Counted from the stretch's first letter, positions 1-10,251 are shown. The stretch: 64,000 nucleotides of DNA from an uncultured Gemmatimonadaceae bacterium (GCA_963781585.1 CAWAGQ010000002.1:160001-224000); one strand, 5' to 3'. A program made the numbers and translations. Notes: generated by a model not told the origin, from the sequence alone.

Positions 1-996
1 CGATTCGAACGCCCGCCCGAGCATCTCGGGATCGATGGCCGCCTCGCTCCATTCTCCGCTCTGTTCGCGTGCCGTGAAGCGATAGCGCTGCAGGAGCTCG
101 TCGTAGAATCGCGACCAGTCCTCGTCGCGAATGAGAACGGTGCGCGCCCGCGCTTCACCGGCCGAGCGCTGGAACAGCCCGCCATTGAGAAACGGGATGC
201 GGCCAAAGGCACGCGCCGACGCCGCGCGCTTCGCGGGCCTGGTATTCAGGGTTCCGAAGAACAGGGGCCACAACACGCGCCGGTGGAAGCCCCCGCCGGT
301 GCGCATGCAATCGTCGAACACGCGCGCCAGGAATCCCCGGTCGCCGGCCAACCAGCCCTTGCTCTCGAGAAACGCGAGAAACAGCAGGCGGGACACATTG
401 AGGAGCGCGATCTCGCGGCGGTCCTCGTCGCGGGCCCGGCCCGAAGCCCCGCGCGCCATGTCGCCCACCAGATTCTCCAGCGTGGCATAGAACCGGCCCG
501 ACAGCATTTCCCGACCCAGCAGCTCGTGCCATCGGGCATGGATACAGAGGTCGCTGCCGCCGACGGCGGCGGCCAGCGCGGCGATGGTCTCCACATCGCT
601 GCCGAGGATCCGATCCCGGTCCACCAGCAAGGCCGCCACCTTCGGCGGCAGCCGATCGGTCGTCCAGGTGGCCACCGCCAGCTCGGCACTGGTGGAATCC
701 GACAGGAACACCAGCCAGAGCAGATGCGGGGCGCGTGCGGCCAGGCGGGCAGCCAGTCTCCCCAGTTGCTGACGCAGCGTGCCGCGATCCCGCGATCGGA
801 GCAACAGGGCACGGGTGGCGCCCGGGCCGGCGGCGAGATGGGCGTCATACAGGGCGACCGGGAAGCCGAACGCCTCGCGTAACGCGTCGTCGAGCGGCGC
901 GTGATCGCCGAAGCCGAGGGGGCTCGCGAGGGCGGCGAGTGCGGCGATGGAGTCGGCGCCGGCGAGAAGCGGTTGCCACGAGCGGCGAGGGAGCAC
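1..996 (-). CDS. Type IIG / Eco57I-like restriction-modification DNA methyltransferase, N-terminal part (runs off left edge)
   Basis: Not in the ORF track because it is open at the edge. Manual minus-strand translation gives RLLFLAFLESKGWL, FHRRVLWPLFFGTLNT, IPFLNGGLF and IDPEMLGRAFES, motifs that precede the MTase domain in type IIG enzymes. GTG start at 996 is approximate. Confidence 0.8.
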   Translation of the reverse strand, partial: MLPRRSWQPLLAGADSIAALAALASPLGFGDHAPLDDALREAFGFPVALYDAHLAAGPGATRALLLRSRDRGTLRQQLGRLAARLAARAPHLLWLVFLSDSTSAELAVATWTTDRLPPKVAALLVDRDRILGSDVETIAALAAAVGGSDLCIHARWHELLGREMLSGRFYATLENLVGDMARGASGRARDEDRREIALLNVSRLLFLAFLESKGWLAGDRGFLARVFDDCMRTGGGFHRRVLWPLFFGTLNTRPAKRAASARAFGRIPFLNGGLFQRSAGEARARTVLIRDEDWSRFYDELLQRYRFTAREQSGEWSEAAIDPEMLGRAFES

Positions 997-1251
997 GCGC
1001 CACGCTACCGGGCGTGGTTTGGCGCTCCGTCATCATCCTGTTGCACGCCGCGGCAGAATCACGGCGCGCTGCGGAACCGGCTGGCCTGGCGCAACCAGGA
1101 GGAGGTGCTGGCCTCCGCTCTCTCGCCGCTGGCGGCTCCCCTCCACGCTCGCCAAACCCCGTGGCACACGTTATCGTCGAAGCGGTCTCACCCCGGACAG
1201 ACGCTCGTGACCAACCCCTCGACCGGTTCGGAATCCAGGACGACCGCGTCG

Positions 1252-2319
1252 ATGCCGGTGGCCCTGTCGAAGCTGCAGCAGAACATCGTCTTCGGCGTCG
1301 TGATCTACTACGCGGCCCTGTTGGCTCTGGCGTTTGCGCTCTGGCGCTTTCTGCCGGGGCCGTTGCACGAACGCCTGGCGGCGGCAGTAAGGCCGCTTAC
1401 CGGCCAGATCGGCGACAGCGGGGGCCTGCTCACGTCGGGACCACCAGGCGCGAAGGTGCCGCCCCAGGCCGCGTTGCTCATGACGATCATCGCGGGCCTC
1501 TCGGGCCTCCTGCTCGCCCTGCCGATGTCGTGGGTGTACATGTTCACCCGGCAGAAGAAGGGATACTCGCAGTCGGTGGTCCACAGTCTGGTGATGCTGC
1601 CGGTGGTGGTGGCCATCATAGCGGCCCTGGTGCGGAGCAGTGTGGCGCTGGCGTTCAGCCTGGCCGGCGTGGTGGCGGCGGTGCGGTTCCGCACCAACCT
1701 CGAAGACAGCAAGGATGCGGTGTTCGTCTTCGCGGTCATGGCGTTGGGCCTGGCCTGCGGCGTGGAGCTGGAAGTGGCCGCCGTCCTGTCGATCCTCTGG
1801 GTGGCGATGACACTGGGCCTGTGGTACACTGACTACGCGCGCACGCCGCCGTCGCTGGAAGGTGCACGCGCCGAACAGCACATGCAACGCGCGCTGGCCA
1901 TTGCCAACCGCACCAGCCAGTTCGTGGCCCGGCTCGACCGCGAGATCCTGGAGGGGATGGCGCCGGCCCAGCTGGAAGCGCTCCAGTCGCGGGTGGAGAA
2001 GCGCAAATCGGAGCTCGAGGACAAGAAGAAGAAGAAGAAGGACGGGGCCGACGCCGGTGACGAGGAGGGGCCACGGTTCGACGGACGCCTCACCATCACC
2101 GTCAGCGATCCCGATGCCGCGCAGCCGGCCATCGAAGCGCTGTTCGAAACGCATCTCAAGCGCTGGAAGGTGATCCGGCTCGAGCGCGAAGACGGTGTGG
2201 CCAGAATCGTGTACGCCGTGCGACCCAAGAAGGGCGGAACGCTCGAAACCGTCGCGGCGACCGTGGAGCGCGAGGGCGCTCCCTACGTGTCAGGTACGGA
2301 GGTGGAACGATGGATCTGA
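1252..2319 (+). CDS. DUF4956-family membrane protein with C-terminal soluble domain
   Basis: Multi-TM; motif ALAFSLAGVVAAVRFRTNLEDSKDAVFVF typical of DUF4956. ATG 1252 preferred over the ORF-track start 901. Confidence 0.75.
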   Translation: MPVALSKLQQNIVFGVVIYYAALLALAFALWRFLPGPLHERLAAAVRPLTGQIGDSGGLLTSGPPGAKVPPQAALLMTIIAGLSGLLLALPMSWVYMFTRQKKGYSQSVVHSLVMLPVVVAIIAALVRSSVALAFSLAGVVAAVRFRTNLEDSKDAVFVFAVMALGLACGVELEVAAVLSILWVAMTLGLWYTDYARTPPSLEGARAEQHMQRALAIANRTSQFVARLDREILEGMAPAQLEALQSRVEKRKSELEDKKKKKKDGADAGDEEGPRFDGRLTITVSDPDAAQPAIEALFETHLKRWKVIRLEREDGVARIVYAVRPKKGGTLETVAATVEREGAPYVSGTEVERWI

Positions 2320-3506
2320 CGACGACTCCCGCTGCGCGCGCCGCCCGGTGCGCCGCAATCGCGCGCGCTGTCCGGCGCGCCACAATTCTCGCCGCGCTGC
2401 TGTGCGCCGGCATACCGTCCGCCGTCGCGGCCCAGAAGCCCGGCGCCAAGGATGCTAACGCGAAGCAGGCGAAGGCCAAGGAACCAAAGGAACCGCCCGA
2501 CAGCGCCAGGATCGCCAAGTGGAAAGTCGCGGCTGAGGCCCTTCCGCTGTTCAAGAGCGCTGAGCCGGTCGCCTTCACCCTGGTGGCGGACTTCAAGACC
2601 GTCCTCAAGGACCGGGATACGCTCAGTACCAGGGAGTATCCCGCCACGGTGATCCTCGGCGACAGCGGTGAGAGTCAACGCAAGATCCCGGTGACGCTGC
2701 GCAGCCGCGGCCACTTCCGCCTGTCCAACCGGGCCTGCTCCTTCGTTCCCCTGCGCATCAATTTCCCCAAGGGCGAGTTGAAGGGCACGGTGTTCGAGGG
2801 GCAGGACAAGGTCAAACTGGGAACGCACTGCCAGGATCGGTCCGACTACGAGCAGTACGTGCTGCGAGAGCAGGCCGCGTATCGGGTGCAGAACATCCTG
2901 ACCGAGCGGAGCTTTCGCACGCGGCTGGCGCGCGTGACCTACGTCGACTCCGTGGCCGGGAAGTCGCTCGGCACCCACAACGGGATTCTGTTCGAGAACG
3001 AAGACGACGTCGCGAGCCGGGTGGGAGGACAGGTCGTGGAGCTGCGCGGCGCGTTGTTCGACGACGTCGACCACGCCCAGATGAACGCGGTGTCGATCTT
3101 CGAGTATTTCGTCGGCAATACCGACTGGTCGTTGTACGGGCTCCACAACATCAGACTGGTGCGGACCCCGAAGGGGGTGATCTATCCGCTCGCCTACGAC
3201 CTCGACTTCTCGGGCCTGGTGGGCACCCGGTACGCCACGCCCGACTACCGCCTGCCGATTCACTCGGTGAAGGACCGGATGTACCGGGGGCCGTGCCGCA
3301 CGGTGGAGGACCTCGAGCCGCAGCTGGCCGTGTACCGCGAAAAGCAGGCGCAGGTGCTGGCCGTGTATGACAGCGTCCCGGACCTTGATCCGCGCTACGC
3401 GAAGGACGCGCAGAGCTATCTGACCGAGTTCTTCAAGATGATCGAGAAGCCGCGGGACGTGAAATTCAAGCTGGTCGACGCCTGCGAGGGGAAGCCGACC
3501 GCCTGA
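2310..3506 (+). CDS. Exported CotH-kinase-like protein
   Basis: Signal peptide; LRSRG, KLGTH, YVLREQAAY, GNTDW..HN and AYDLDFS match atypical CotH-type kinase motifs; overlaps the upstream gene. Confidence 0.6.
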   Translation: MDLTTTPAARAARCAAIARAVRRATILAALLCAGIPSAVAAQKPGAKDANAKQAKAKEPKEPPDSARIAKWKVAAEALPLFKSAEPVAFTLVADFKTVLKDRDTLSTREYPATVILGDSGESQRKIPVTLRSRGHFRLSNRACSFVPLRINFPKGELKGTVFEGQDKVKLGTHCQDRSDYEQYVLREQAAYRVQNILTERSFRTRLARVTYVDSVAGKSLGTHNGILFENEDDVASRVGGQVVELRGALFDDVDHAQMNAVSIFEYFVGNTDWSLYGLHNIRLVRTPKGVIYPLAYDLDFSGLVGTRYATPDYRLPIHSVKDRMYRGPCRTVEDLEPQLAVYREKQAQVLAVYDSVPDLDPRYAKDAQSYLTEFFKMIEKPRDVKFKLVDACEGKPTA

Positions 3507-3630
3507 AACGCAGCGCGGCCAATGGACGCGGGCAGGGCGTGTCCGCGCGACGACGTCCTGCCCGCGAGGGTGGGATGAGCTTCTCGCCCTCTGCTATCTC
3601 CGGCATGCGGCATTCGCTCACCCCCGCCAA

Positions 3631-4881
3631 TCACGGCGGCGAGGCCGCAAGCACCGGAGCGCGTGACCGGCCGCTGAGGGCGACCGCCGCCGCCATGTCT
3701 CCCGTGACGTTGACGGCGGTGCGGAACATGTCCGGAATGGTGTCGACGCCGAGGAGGATGCCGAGTCCGTCGAGCGGGAGCCCGGCACTCATCAGCACCG
3801 GGGCCATGATCACGATCGAGCCACCGGGAATACCGGGTACGCTGAAGCTGGTGAGCACCCCGGTGACGACGACGCTCGCGATCTGGGCGGGCGAGAGGTC
3901 CACTCCGTAGAGCCGCGCGATAAAGATCACGCCGGCAGTCTGGCCCAGCCCGGCCCCCACGCGATACATCGACGCCGCCAGGGGGAGAAAGAAGCTCGAC
4001 ATCTCATCGGGCAGGCGCAGTCGGGTTCGGGCGCTCTCGATCATCGCCGGAAGCGACGCCAGCGACGACCGCGAGCTGAAGGCCACCGCCTGGGCAGGGA
4101 AGATGGCGCGCGCGAACGCGCCCACCGGGATCCCACCGAACGACGAAGCCAGCGGGTATAGCACCACCAGCGCGAACACGGTGGTGACCACCGCCACCAC
4201 GACGATGTATCCGGCGAGGGCGCCCGCAGCCGACAACCCCAGCCTCGCGCCGAGGGGAAGCGCCAGCGCCAGGACCCCGATCGGCGCCAGCGCGAGAATC
4301 CAGCGGACCAGCAGGAGGGCCACGTCGCGGATGGCCTCGAAGACCCGCACCACTGCCTGACGAGGCTCGCCCTCCTGCGTGGCCAGGGCGAGCCCGAAGG
4401 CCAGCGAAAACACGATCAGTGGCAGCATTGCGGCGTCGGCGGCCGCCTTCACCGGGTTGGTGGGCACCAGACTCACCAGCCACTGCACGAACGTGGGAAT
4501 ATGGTTCACCGCCTCCGGCGCCCCCGCACCGGCGCGCAACGCCGCAGTCGCTGCCGGATCGATGTGGAACGCGTTCAGCAGCGACGGGGCGACCAGCGCG
4601 GTGGCAATGGCCGCCACGAAGCAGGTGGCGAGAAAGAACAGCAGCGCGCGCGAGCCGAGGCGGCCCAGCGTGCGGGGGCTCGGCACGGACGCCACGCCGG
4701 CGACCAGGCTGCCCACCACCAGGGGAATCACGGTCATCCGGATGGCGTTGATCCACAGCGTTCCGAGCGGCGCGATGTATCCCACTGCGGCCTGGAGCCC
4801 TGGCGAACCGGAGACCGAGACGGCCACGCCGGCGGCAAGGCCGACGCTGAGGGCGATGAGCACTCTGGTCGTCAGCGACAT
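3631..4881 (-). CDS. Dicarboxylate/amino acid:cation symporter (DAACS family)
   Basis: FSSRSSLASLP and GVDTIPDMFRTAVNVTGD motifs; multi-TM. Confidence 0.9.
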   Translation of the reverse strand: MSLTTRVLIALSVGLAAGVAVSVSGSPGLQAAVGYIAPLGTLWINAIRMTVIPLVVGSLVAGVASVPSPRTLGRLGSRALLFFLATCFVAAIATALVAPSLLNAFHIDPAATAALRAGAGAPEAVNHIPTFVQWLVSLVPTNPVKAAADAAMLPLIVFSLAFGLALATQEGEPRQAVVRVFEAIRDVALLLVRWILALAPIGVLALALPLGARLGLSAAGALAGYIVVVAVVTTVFALVVLYPLASSFGGIPVGAFARAIFPAQAVAFSSRSSLASLPAMIESARTRLRLPDEMSSFFLPLAASMYRVGAGLGQTAGVIFIARLYGVDLSPAQIASVVVTGVLTSFSVPGIPGGSIVIMAPVLMSAGLPLDGLGILLGVDTIPDMFRTAVNVTGDMAAAVALSGRSRAPVLAASPP

Positions 4882-5147
4882 GCGGCCCAAGGTACCAGTG
4901 CCGTGCGACGGCCGCGAGTCAACATCCGGTCTCGATAGCGGTCCGACCGCGGGCGAACGTCGCAGCGCTCATGAGGAATACCAGATCATCGATCCCCGCG
5001 CCCGGGTGCGCGCCACGAGCGCGCCGTTGCCGCCGGAGGGTGCAATCTCGATCTTAGCTTCGGGCGCGTGGGGTCTGCCGTCCGTGGCTCGCTTCCCTCG
5101 CACCGGCGCATTCGTGCGGCCACGCCTCCTTATTGTCGAGTACCATC

Positions 5148-5510
5148 ATGGCCAACAAGAGCTATCACGATCTGGTTCGCGAATCGAAGACCCGCATCCG
5201 CGAGCTCACGCCGCAACAAACGCAGGAACTGCTGCAGCGCGAGGCGGACACGGTGCTGATCGACTGTCGCGAGCCCAACGAGTTCGCGCTGGGTCACATC
5301 CCGGGCGCGGTGTTCATTCCGCGCGGAGTCCTGGAGCAGACCATCGAGCGGGCTGTGCCCCGCGACCGCCGGATCGTGCTCTACTGTGCCAGCGGAAACC
5401 GCTCGGCACTCGCCGCCGAGGTGCTTCAGGAGATGGGTTACCAGGATGTGGCATCAATGTCGGAAGGAATCCGCGGCTGGGTGGAGCAGGGAGGGGAGGT
5501 GGCGGACTGA
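5148..5510 (+). CDS. Rhodanese-like domain protein
   Basis: IDCREPNEF..GHIPGA; active-site YCASGNRS. Confidence 0.9.
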   Translation: MANKSYHDLVRESKTRIRELTPQQTQELLQREADTVLIDCREPNEFALGHIPGAVFIPRGVLEQTIERAVPRDRRIVLYCASGNRSALAAEVLQEMGYQDVASMSEGIRGWVEQGGEVAD

Positions 5511-5521
5511 AGTCAAGGGTC

Positions 5522-5542
5522 GCTGATAGCTGATAGCTGCCT
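5522..5542 (+). repeat. Short heptamer tandem repeat (GCTGATA family)
   Basis: GCTGATA GCTGATA GCTGCCT, intergenic. Confidence 0.5.
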
Positions 5543-5556
5543 GCTCCCGTTATCTC

Positions 5557-6159
5557 GTGCCTCAGTCCCTACTCCACGCCCATCCGCTCCTCGAGCGGCT
5601 CGCCGCAAGCCTTACGGCAAGGCCTGGAGAGCCGGCGCCTGACGATGGCGCGCCGCGTCGGGCGGCCGTCGCGGTCGTCTTCCGGGTGCCCGCATCCGGC
5701 GCCCTCGACCTGTTGCTGATCCGGCGCGCGGTGTTCGATGGGGACCCGTGGAGCGGTCAGGTGGCGCTTCCGGGCGGCCGGTGGCACGTATCGGACAAGT
5801 CGCTCCGGGACACTGCCGTGCGGGAAACACTCGAGGAGACTGCCGTCGACATCGCCCGCCAGGGGATCATCCTCGGTGCGCTGGACGAACTGCGCCCGCG
5901 AACGCCCGTCCTTCCGCCGATCATCGTCACGCCGTTCGCCAGCGTCGTGCAGCCCGATGTGGAGATCGTGCCGAGCGAGGAAGTGGCCGAAGCGTTCTGG
6001 GTGCCCTGGTCGCTGCTCGCGGATCCGGCGACTACCCGGGAAAGCACGGTCCGCGTGCGGGGCGCCGAGATACTGGTGGAGAGCTACCTGGTCGGGCCGC
6101 ACGTGGTGTGGGGCATGACCGAGCGCATCCTGCGCCAGCTGGCCGAACGAGTGCGATAG
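5557..6159 (+). CDS. Nudix hydrolase, CoA pyrophosphatase-like
   Basis: SGQVALPGG..TAVRETLEET Nudix box; VWGMT. Confidence 0.9.
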   Translation: MPQSLLHAHPLLERLAASLTARPGEPAPDDGAPRRAAVAVVFRVPASGALDLLLIRRAVFDGDPWSGQVALPGGRWHVSDKSLRDTAVRETLEETAVDIARQGIILGALDELRPRTPVLPPIIVTPFASVVQPDVEIVPSEEVAEAFWVPWSLLADPATTRESTVRVRGAEILVESYLVGPHVVWGMTERILRQLAERVR

Positions 6160-6177
6160 CGATCCGGAACGCGGCAC

Positions 6178-6258
6178 CTTCGACGACATCACGAATCGAT
6201 TGGCGTCCGGATCCTTGAAGATCGCCGCGGATCCCCAGTCGGTCTTCTGCGGAGGACC
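6178..6258 (-). pseudogene. C-terminal remnant of a VOC/glyoxalase-family gene
   Basis: Minus strand encodes GPPQKTDWGSAAIFKDPDANRFVMSSK (WG..F.DPDGN motif); no N-terminal part present. Confidence 0.55.
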
Positions 6259-6296
6259 GAAGGCACGTGCCGCTTGCGGTTCACGGGTGCGTTGCC

Positions 6297-6315
6297 TAAA
6301 GTTAGGTGAACCTAA
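6297..6315. promoter_or_regulatory. DtxR/MntR-family operator
   Basis: TAAAGTTAGGTGAACCTAA matches 15/19 of the DtxR/IdeR consensus TTAGGTTAGGCTAACCTAA, with core palindrome TTAGGT-GA-ACCTAA. Lies about 50 bp upstream of mntH in an operon encoding a DtxR regulator. Confidence 0.8.
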
Positions 6316-6365
6316 ATCCAAAGTTCTACGACACGAATTTCAACGAGCGCGACGGCATTGACGCG

Positions 6366-7793
6366 ATGACCGGACAACCTTCCCGCGGAATCGATCGCGC
6401 TCCGGTCTCGCCCGCCGACTCCGCCGACTCCGCCGACTCCGCTGCCCCCGCCCCCGCCCCCGCGGCCCCGTCCCGCGGCTGGCGCCGCGCCCGCCTGACC
6501 CCGAGTCTGGCCGAGGTCTACCGCACCATCCCGGTCAGTGGACTGGTCTGGTGGCGGAAGATCCTGGCCTTTGCCGGCCCGGGCTATCTGGTCGCGGTCG
6601 GCTACATGGACCCCGGAAACTGGGCGACCGACCTGGCCGGAGGCTCACGCTTCGGCTACACACTCCTCAGCGTCATCCTCCTCTCCAACCTGATTGCCGT
6701 TCTGCTGCAGGGACTGGCCTCGAAGCTCGGCATCGTCACGGGCCGCGATCTGGCGCAGGCGTGTCGTGACCACTATTCCCGGCCGGTCAACCTCGCGCAG
6801 TGGGTTCTCTGCGAAATCGCCATTGCCGCGTGCGACCTCGCCGAAGTCATCGGCTCCGCCATTGCCCTCAACCTGCTGTTCGGTCTGCCCGTCACGTGGG
6901 GCATCATCGTCACCGCACTGGACGTGATGCTGGTGCTCCTGCTCCAGCACCGGGGCTTCCGGCTGCTCGAGGCGGTGGTGGTCGCGCTCATCGCGACGAT
7001 CGGAATCTGCTTTGGATTCGAGCTCTTCATCTCGCGGCCCGACGTCGGAGCCATGGCGCGCGGTTTTCTCCCATCCGTGCAAACCGTGACGGATCCGGCG
7101 CAACTCTACATTGCGATCGGCATCCTCGGCGCGACGGTCATGCCGCACAATCTGTATCTGCATTCCTCGATCGTGCAGACGCGGCGCTACGAGGAGCACG
7201 CCGCCGGAAAGCGCGAAGCCGTGCGGTACGCGTTCATCGATTCCACTATCGCGCTCACCCTCGCGCTGTTCATCAATGGGGCGATCCTGGTGGTTGCGGC
7301 GGCCACGTTTTTCCGGACCGGGCACCACGAAGTGGCGGAGATCCAGGACGCGTACAAACTTCTGACGCCGCTCCTGGGTGTGGGCGGGGCCAGCACGGTC
7401 TTCGCCCTCGCGCTGCTGGCGAGCGGACAGAATTCCACGTTGACGGGCACGCTCGCCGGACAGATCGTCATGGAGGGGTTCCTGAATATCCGGCTGCGCC
7501 CGTGGCTGCGGCGGCTCATTACCCGCGCCATCGCCATCGTCCCGGCCGCCATCGTCTCCGCCGTCGCCGGTGCGCATGGGACGGCGAAGCTGCTGGTGCT
7601 CAGCCAGGTCATCCTGTCGCTACAGCTCTCGTTCGCCGTCGTCCCCCTGGTGCAATTCACCAGCGAGAAGGCCAAGATGGGGGAGTTCGTGAATCCCGGA
7701 TGGGTCAAAGCGCTGGCCTGGACGGCGACCGTCTTCATTGGGGTCCTGAACGCCTGGCTGCTCGTGCAGGCGGTGCGAGGGTGGCTGACCTGA
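6366..7793 (+). CDS. mntH: Nramp-family Mn2+/divalent metal transporter
   Basis: [17 protein letters not shown] and [12 protein letters not shown] motifs. Confidence 0.95.
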   Translation: MTGQPSRGIDRAPVSPADSADSADSAAPAPAPAAPSRGWRRARLTPSLAEVYRTIPVSGLVWWRKILAFAGPGYLVAVGYMDPGNWATDLAGGSRFGYTLLSVILLSNLIAVLLQGLASKLGIVTGRDLAQACRDHYSRPVNLAQWVLCEIAIAACDLAEVIGSAIALNLLFGLPVTWGIIVTALDVMLVLLLQHRGFRLLEAVVVALIATIGICFGFELFISRPDVGAMARGFLPSVQTVTDPAQLYIAIGILGATVMPHNLYLHSSIVQTRRYEEHAAGKREAVRYAFIDSTIALTLALFINGAILVVAAATFFRTGHHEVAEIQDAYKLLTPLLGVGGASTVFALALLASGQNSTLTGTLAGQIVMEGFLNIRLRPWLRRLITRAIAIVPAAIVSAVAGAHGTAKLLVLSQVILSLQLSFAVVPLVQFTSEKAKMGEFVNPGWVKALAWTATVFIGVLNAWLLVQAVRGWLT

Positions 7794-8239
7794 TGTATCA
7801 GCGGATCCTGGTGGCACTCGAGAATTCGCCGACCGACGCGTCCATCGTCGAGCACGTGCGGAATCTGGCGCAGTTCTGCCGCGCGTCGGTGGTGCTGATG
7901 CACGTGGCCGATGGCTGGGCCGCGCGCAACATCAAGCAGCTCAACCTGCGCGAATCGGAAGAAATGCGGCGCGACCGCGAGTACCTGGAGCGCATGGCGA
8001 ACGACCTGACGCGGGGCGGGATCCCGGCGGAGGCCGTGCTGGCCACCGGGGACCCCGGGACCGAGATCAGCGCGGCCGCCGAGCGCGAGCACTGCGACCT
8101 GATTGCCATGGCCACCCACGGCCACAAGCTGATCGGCGACGTCGTCTATGGCAGCGTCGCCAACGCGGTCCGTCACCGGTCGATGGTACCGGTGCTGCTG
8201 GTGCGGGCGCCCTCCATCGGGAAGAAGACGCCGTCATGA
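7793..8239 (+). CDS. Universal stress protein (USP)
   Basis: C-terminal part of ORF 6800..8239: [38 protein letters not shown] coupling to mntH. Confidence 0.9.
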   Translation: MYQRILVALENSPTDASIVEHVRNLAQFCRASVVLMHVADGWAARNIKQLNLRESEEMRRDREYLERMANDLTRGGIPAEAVLATGDPGTEISAAAEREHCDLIAMATHGHKLIGDVVYGSVANAVRHRSMVPVLLVRAPSIGKKTPS

Positions 8240-8916
8240 CCACAGTCCGGAGACGCGCGCTCACCGCTCCGGTGGAGGACTACCTCAAGGCCATCTACGA
8301 CGTGGAGCTGGCGGGGGACGCGGCGGCAACGAACGACATCGCCCAGCGTCTCGACATCGCGCCGGCCTCGGTGAGTGGCATGGTGCGACGCCTGGCGGAG
8401 CAGGGGCTGCTGGCATACGAACCGTATCGCGGGGTGCGTCTCACGCCGGCCGGCCGGCGGGCCGCTCTGCGCACGATCCGCCGCCATCGGGTGATCGAGG
8501 CCTATCTGGTGCGCGCACTGGGCTTCCCGTGGGACAGCGTGCACGAGGAGGCCGAGCGGCTGGAGCATGCGGCCAGCGACACGCTGATCGATCGGATGGC
8601 GCGCGCCATCGGGGAGCCGCTCACCGATCCGCATGGTGCGCCGATCCCGACACGTGAGGGGCGGGTGGACGAGACGCGGTACGGCACTCTGGCCGACGTG
8701 GCCGTGGGGGGGCGGGCGCGGCTCATCCGGGTTGGCGACGAGGACGCGGCATTGCTGCGGCACCTATCCTCGTTAGGCCTGCGTCCCGAGGCCACGGTGT
8801 CGGTCCGGAGCCGGGCCCCATACGACGGGCCGATCACGCTCGACGTGGGCGGCCGGCGGCGCCAGGTAGGGTCGGCGCTGGCCGCGCGGCTTCAGGTGGA
8901 GCTGCTGTCGGACTGA
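8236..8916 (+). CDS. mntR: DtxR/MntR-family metal-dependent repressor with FeoA-like C-terminus
   Basis: EDYLKAIY, RRHRVIE, HEEAERLEH, DPHGAPIP. Confidence 0.9.
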   Translation: MTTVRRRALTAPVEDYLKAIYDVELAGDAAATNDIAQRLDIAPASVSGMVRRLAEQGLLAYEPYRGVRLTPAGRRAALRTIRRHRVIEAYLVRALGFPWDSVHEEAERLEHAASDTLIDRMARAIGEPLTDPHGAPIPTREGRVDETRYGTLADVAVGGRARLIRVGDEDAALLRHLSSLGLRPEATVSVRSRAPYDGPITLDVGGRRRQVGSALAARLQVELLSD

Positions 8917-8982
8917 GCGGCGGGCCGCCCCGCCAGCGGGGCATGAGCCGATAGCCGAATGCTGATGGCTGTTCGCTGTTCC

Positions 8983-9177
8983 CTAACGACCCTTCGAGGC
9001 CAGTCGTCCTTCCTCTCCGCCTGGCTTCTTCGGCAATCGACCGGCGCGGTTGAGCGCATCACGCAGCACGAATTCGATCTGCCCGTTGAGGCTGCGCAGG
9101 TCGTCGTTGGCCCAGCGCTGCATCGCCTGGAGCACCTCTCCGTCCATTCGGAGCAGGAAGGGGCGCCGGTCAGCCAT
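8983..9177 (-). CDS. Arc-like ribbon-helix-helix DNA-binding protein
   Basis: FLLRMD..WANDDLRSLNGQIEFVL; common partner of SPFH genes. Confidence 0.8.
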   Translation of the reverse strand: MADRRPFLLRMDGEVLQAMQRWANDDLRSLNGQIEFVLRDALNRAGRLPKKPGGEEGRLASKGR

Positions 9178-9326
9178 GGCATCGTCCCGCGCTGCCGGGC
9201 ATGGCCGCCGCGCTCCAACTCATCCCCGCGCTCCCGGCGTCACGCCCGCGGTGAACCGCGCGAGATCGTCACGCGTGGCGGGGAAGGCCGGTGCCCCCGA
9301 GAAGCGCGTTCTCAGATTGCCACGCG

Positions 9327-10196
9327 TCACTGGTAAATCGTCCCCGCATTGACGATCGGCTGGGCGTCGCGGTCGGAGCAGAGGACCACCAGCAGGTTGC
9401 TGATCATCGCCGCCTTGCGCTCCTCGTCGAGCTGCACGAGCGAGCGATCAGAGATCATCGACAGGGCGTTCTCGACCATGCCCACCGCCCCTTCGACGAT
9501 CTTCTGCCGGGCCGCGATGATCGCGCTCGCCTGCTGGCGCCGCAGCATCGCCGAGGCGATCTCGGGTGCGTACGCGAGGTGGCTGATGCGCGCCTCGATC
9601 ACGTCCACACCGGCCTTGTCGAGACGGTCCTGGATCGCCTTCTGGAGCGACGACGCGATCTCGTCGGGGTGCGTACTGAGCGCCTTCTCCCCGTCCACGT
9701 GCGCATCGTATGGGTACGACTGCGCGAGCGCCCGCACCGCCGACTCGCTCTGCGTCTGGACGAAGTTCTGGTAGTCGTCCACCTCGAACATCGCCTCCGC
9801 CGAGTCGATGACCTTCCACACCACGATGGCCCCGATCTCGATCGGGTTGGAGTGGATGTCGTTCACCTTGAGCTTCCCGGTCTCGAAGTTCCGCACCCGG
9901 AGCGAGATCCGCTTCTTGGAGTAGAACGGGTTGGCCCACCGGAGGCCGGCGTCGCGCACCGTGCCGATATACCGGCCGAAGAGCGTCAGGACCTTGGCGT
10001 CGTTAGGCTGGACGGTAAAGAGCCCGCCGGCGCCCAGGCCGACCAGGCCGAACACGACAGCCCAGGTGACGGCGAGCCCCGGACGTTGTGCCCCGGCGGC
10101 GGCGATCAGCCGCCAGATCGCCACACCGCCTGCCAGCAGAAAGAGCACGAGGGCGGCAAGCCCGTTGGTCGCCTTGAATCGGATTTCGCGGAACAT
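9327..10196 (-). CDS. SPFH/band-7 domain protein
   Basis: Two N-terminal TMs; [15 protein letters not shown] and [22 protein letters not shown]. Confidence 0.9.
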   Translation of the reverse strand: MFREIRFKATNGLAALVLFLLAGGVAIWRLIAAAGAQRPGLAVTWAVVFGLVGLGAGGLFTVQPNDAKVLTLFGRYIGTVRDAGLRWANPFYSKKRISLRVRNFETGKLKVNDIHSNPIEIGAIVVWKVIDSAEAMFEVDDYQNFVQTQSESAVRALAQSYPYDAHVDGEKALSTHPDEIASSLQKAIQDRLDKAGVDVIEARISHLAYAPEIASAMLRRQQASAIIAARQKIVEGAVGMVENALSMISDRSLVQLDEERKAAMISNLLVVLCSDRDAQPIVNAGTIYQ

Positions 10197-10223
10197 GCGT
10201 TCTGCTCCTGAGGGGTGAGATAT

Positions 10224-10251
10224 GCTATCGTGATGATATCATTCCGATATC
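10224..10251. promoter_or_regulatory. Candidate RHH operator: GATATC-like hexamers at 11-bp period
   Basis: GCTATC 10224, GATATC 10235, GATATC 10246, upstream of the SPFH-RHH unit. Confidence 0.55.

Noticed and set aside
6412..6460. CCGCCGACT x3 and Ala-Pro repeats
   Set aside because: Ordinary slippage in the disordered MntH N-terminus
6800..7792. 479-aa ORF overlapping mntH
   Set aside because: Only the part from ATG 7793 (USP) is protein-like
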